A stretch of DNA of 64,000 bases from Barthelona sp. PCE (lineage: Eukaryota), in the NCBI GenBank assembly GCA_040285745.1, contig JAUFOR010000008.1, forward strand, positions 1,674,001 through 1,738,000, written 5' to 3'. Numbering within the stretch: the first letter of the stretch is position 1; every line of letters begins with the position of its first letter. Both the position numbers and the translations under genes were made by a program. Shown piece after piece: positions 62,352-64,000 of the stretch. Under the pieces are notes generated by a model. It searched no databases. It saw only the letters and a program-made list of their open reading frames with translations, and was not told the DNA's origin.

Positions 62352-63155
62352 ATGAGCGAGGGTCGAGATCCAACAATTTTAGCAACGAAAATGTGCCTTA
62401 AACAGTGCAAAGACAGACTTAAATCTGCGAAGCACGGGCATTCCCTTTTGAAGAAGAAGGCTGATGCGCTCACACTTCGATATCGTGAGGTACAGCGGGA
62501 GATTGAAAAAGCCAAGTTAGAATTGGAAGATGCACACAGTACTGCAAAAGAACGTTACGCAGAGATGACATTCAGGGCCGACAGTAATATTACACACTTT
62601 TTGGAACAACAGGTTGGTTCAGCTTCAACAAAAGTGACATCAAAACTTGTACATGTCGCTGGTGTTGTTTTGCCTCGTTTTGAGGTCCAAACAGATAGCC
62701 TGGGTACAACATCAGAGCTGTCTGCGCTTCAGAAGGGTGGTGAACAAATCAGAGAGTGCAAGAAGGAGTATTTCAGAATGCTTGAATATGCAGTTCGTGT
62801 TGCAGCTCTTCAAAAGAGTTACAAGATCTTGAATGAGGTCATTAAGCAAACAAACAGGCGTGTTAATGCGATCGAGAACGTCATTATCCCGAGGTTGGAT
62901 GCAACCATTCATTATATCAAGGGAGAGATTGACGAAATGGCTAGAGAGGATTTCTTTAGGCTTAAGAAGGTACAGAAGGCTGCAAAGATTCGTCAAGAGA
63001 AGGAACATGAAGAACGAAGATTGCGTGAAGAAAAACGTCTTGCTGAAGAAAAGCTCAGACTTGAGAACATGGAAGACGTGGAATCTAGCAATGAGGATCA
63101 GGAAATAACCACAGATGAAGATGAATCTGACTTTGACGATATGATTATTGTTTAG
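62352..63155 (+). CDS. ATP6V1D: V-type ATPase subunit D
   Basis: GHSLLKKKADAL..R, VAGV.LP.F, TNRRVNAIE.VIIP, REDFFRLKKVQ. Confidence 0.97.
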   Translation: MSEGRDPTILATKMCLKQCKDRLKSAKHGHSLLKKKADALTLRYREVQREIEKAKLELEDAHSTAKERYAEMTFRADSNITHFLEQQVGSASTKVTSKLVHVAGVVLPRFEVQTDSLGTTSELSALQKGGEQIRECKKEYFRMLEYAVRVAALQKSYKILNEVIKQTNRRVNAIENVIIPRLDATIHYIKGEIDEMAREDFFRLKKVQKAAKIRQEKEHEERRLREEKRLAEEKLRLENMEDVESSNEDQEITTDEDESDFDDMIIV

Positions 63156-63423
63156 TTATCGAATAGTAAAGAATTAGTGTTTTTTATTGATACTGTGAGG
63201 CTTTTTTTGCGTAGTAATAAGGTTAAACAAGTATGAATAACCATATACGCAATATGTGTTCAGATGTGAAATAGAAGCACTCAAGTTTAAGCATTTCAAC
63301 AAAATTTGCTGGCTCTATAGCCTCGTCTGCATATTACATATGTGTGTCTACTAATGATGAAGCTTGAACTGGGTGCTATTTGAATTACGCCCTTATACTT
63401 CTCGTTTTTGTGTTTTCATTGTG

Positions 63424-64000
63424 ATGGAAGTCCACGAAGCGCACGAGACAGAGCCACAGTCGCCAGAGATCGAAAAGATAGAGGAGACTCTTGAACCAGC
63501 AGTTCAAACCGAAGAACCTGAGCAGGAAGCCAAGAAAGTCATTCCAGAGGTAAAACCAGTCACAAAACCAGAGCCTGTAAGCAACCCAGATGATCGCAAA
63601 GTGATAGACGTTGATCAAAGTAGAGAAGAGTATTATTCTTCCCTCTCAGAAGTATTACCTGCCGAAAAAATGCCTTCAGTAACCCTAAAGAGCGGATACC
63701 AGATGCCCAAATTAGCTTTTGGCACATATAAACTTCGAGGTGAGAGTTGTTATATGGCTGTTCGGAGTGCTTTGAAGATTGGCTTCCGCCATTTCGACAC
63801 TGGTTCCTTTTACGAGAATGAAGAAGCCTTGGGTCAAGCAATCAGAGATTCAGGTGTTCCAAGAGAGGAGATTTTTGTAACTAGCAAAATTTGGAGAGAT
63901 GCCATGACTGAAGAGAAAGCAGAGACTGCAGTTGAAGACATTGTCCGTCGCCTCGGTATCGAGTATGTTGATCTTATCCTTATTCATTACCCTTCGCCAT
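63424..64000 (+). CDS. Aldo-keto reductase, 5' part (runs off the window; absent from the ORF track)
   Basis: Translation from ATG 63424: acidic extension, then MPKLAFGTY, GFRHFDTGSFYENE, REEIFVTSKIW, YVDLILIHYP. Confidence 0.92.
   Translation, partial: MEVHEAHETEPQSPEIEKIEETLEPAVQTEEPEQEAKKVIPEVKPVTKPEPVSNPDDRKVIDVDQSREEYYSSLSEVLPAEKMPSVTLKSGYQMPKLAFGTYKLRGESCYMAVRSALKIGFRHFDTGSFYENEEALGQAIRDSGVPREEIFVTSKIWRDAMTEEKAETAVEDIVRRLGIEYVDLILIHYPSP

Noticed and set aside
63205-63340. Two hairpins ending in ACA (H/ACA-like)
   Set aside because: No proper H box and no identifiable target
1-64000. Non-standard (hexamitid/ciliate) genetic code; transposons, tRNA or rRNA genes
   Set aside because: Conserved genes end properly at TAA, TAG and TGA; no transposase, RT, cloverleaf or rRNA sequence was recognised

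Overview
Gene-dense, intron-poor eukaryotic nuclear DNA in the standard code (about 34 protein genes, short spacers, several overlapping convergent 3' ends). The organism is probably an anaerobic flagellate: it has PPDK and a CEP290-like gene, and its Giardia-like AGTAAA 3' signal and short GTATGT introns suggest a free-living metamonad (inference). Most genes are housekeeping: trafficking, splicing, ribosome, cytoskeleton, lipid and glycan synthesis. The highlight is a Schlafen/AlbA_2 RNase fused to a complete NB-ARC (STAND) module with no repeat sensor, a candidate NLR-like immune effector. Also notable: an archaeal-type zinc-ribbon Nop10, a secreted saposin precursor with a cationic KIPPK repeat array, a catalytically degenerate disulfide reductase, a giant alpha-actinin-like protein, a LIN9 homolog, three introns missed by the ORF track, a U49-like C/D snoRNA and several unannotated structured intergenic RNA candidates. 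All assignments come from motif recognition by eye; no searches were run.
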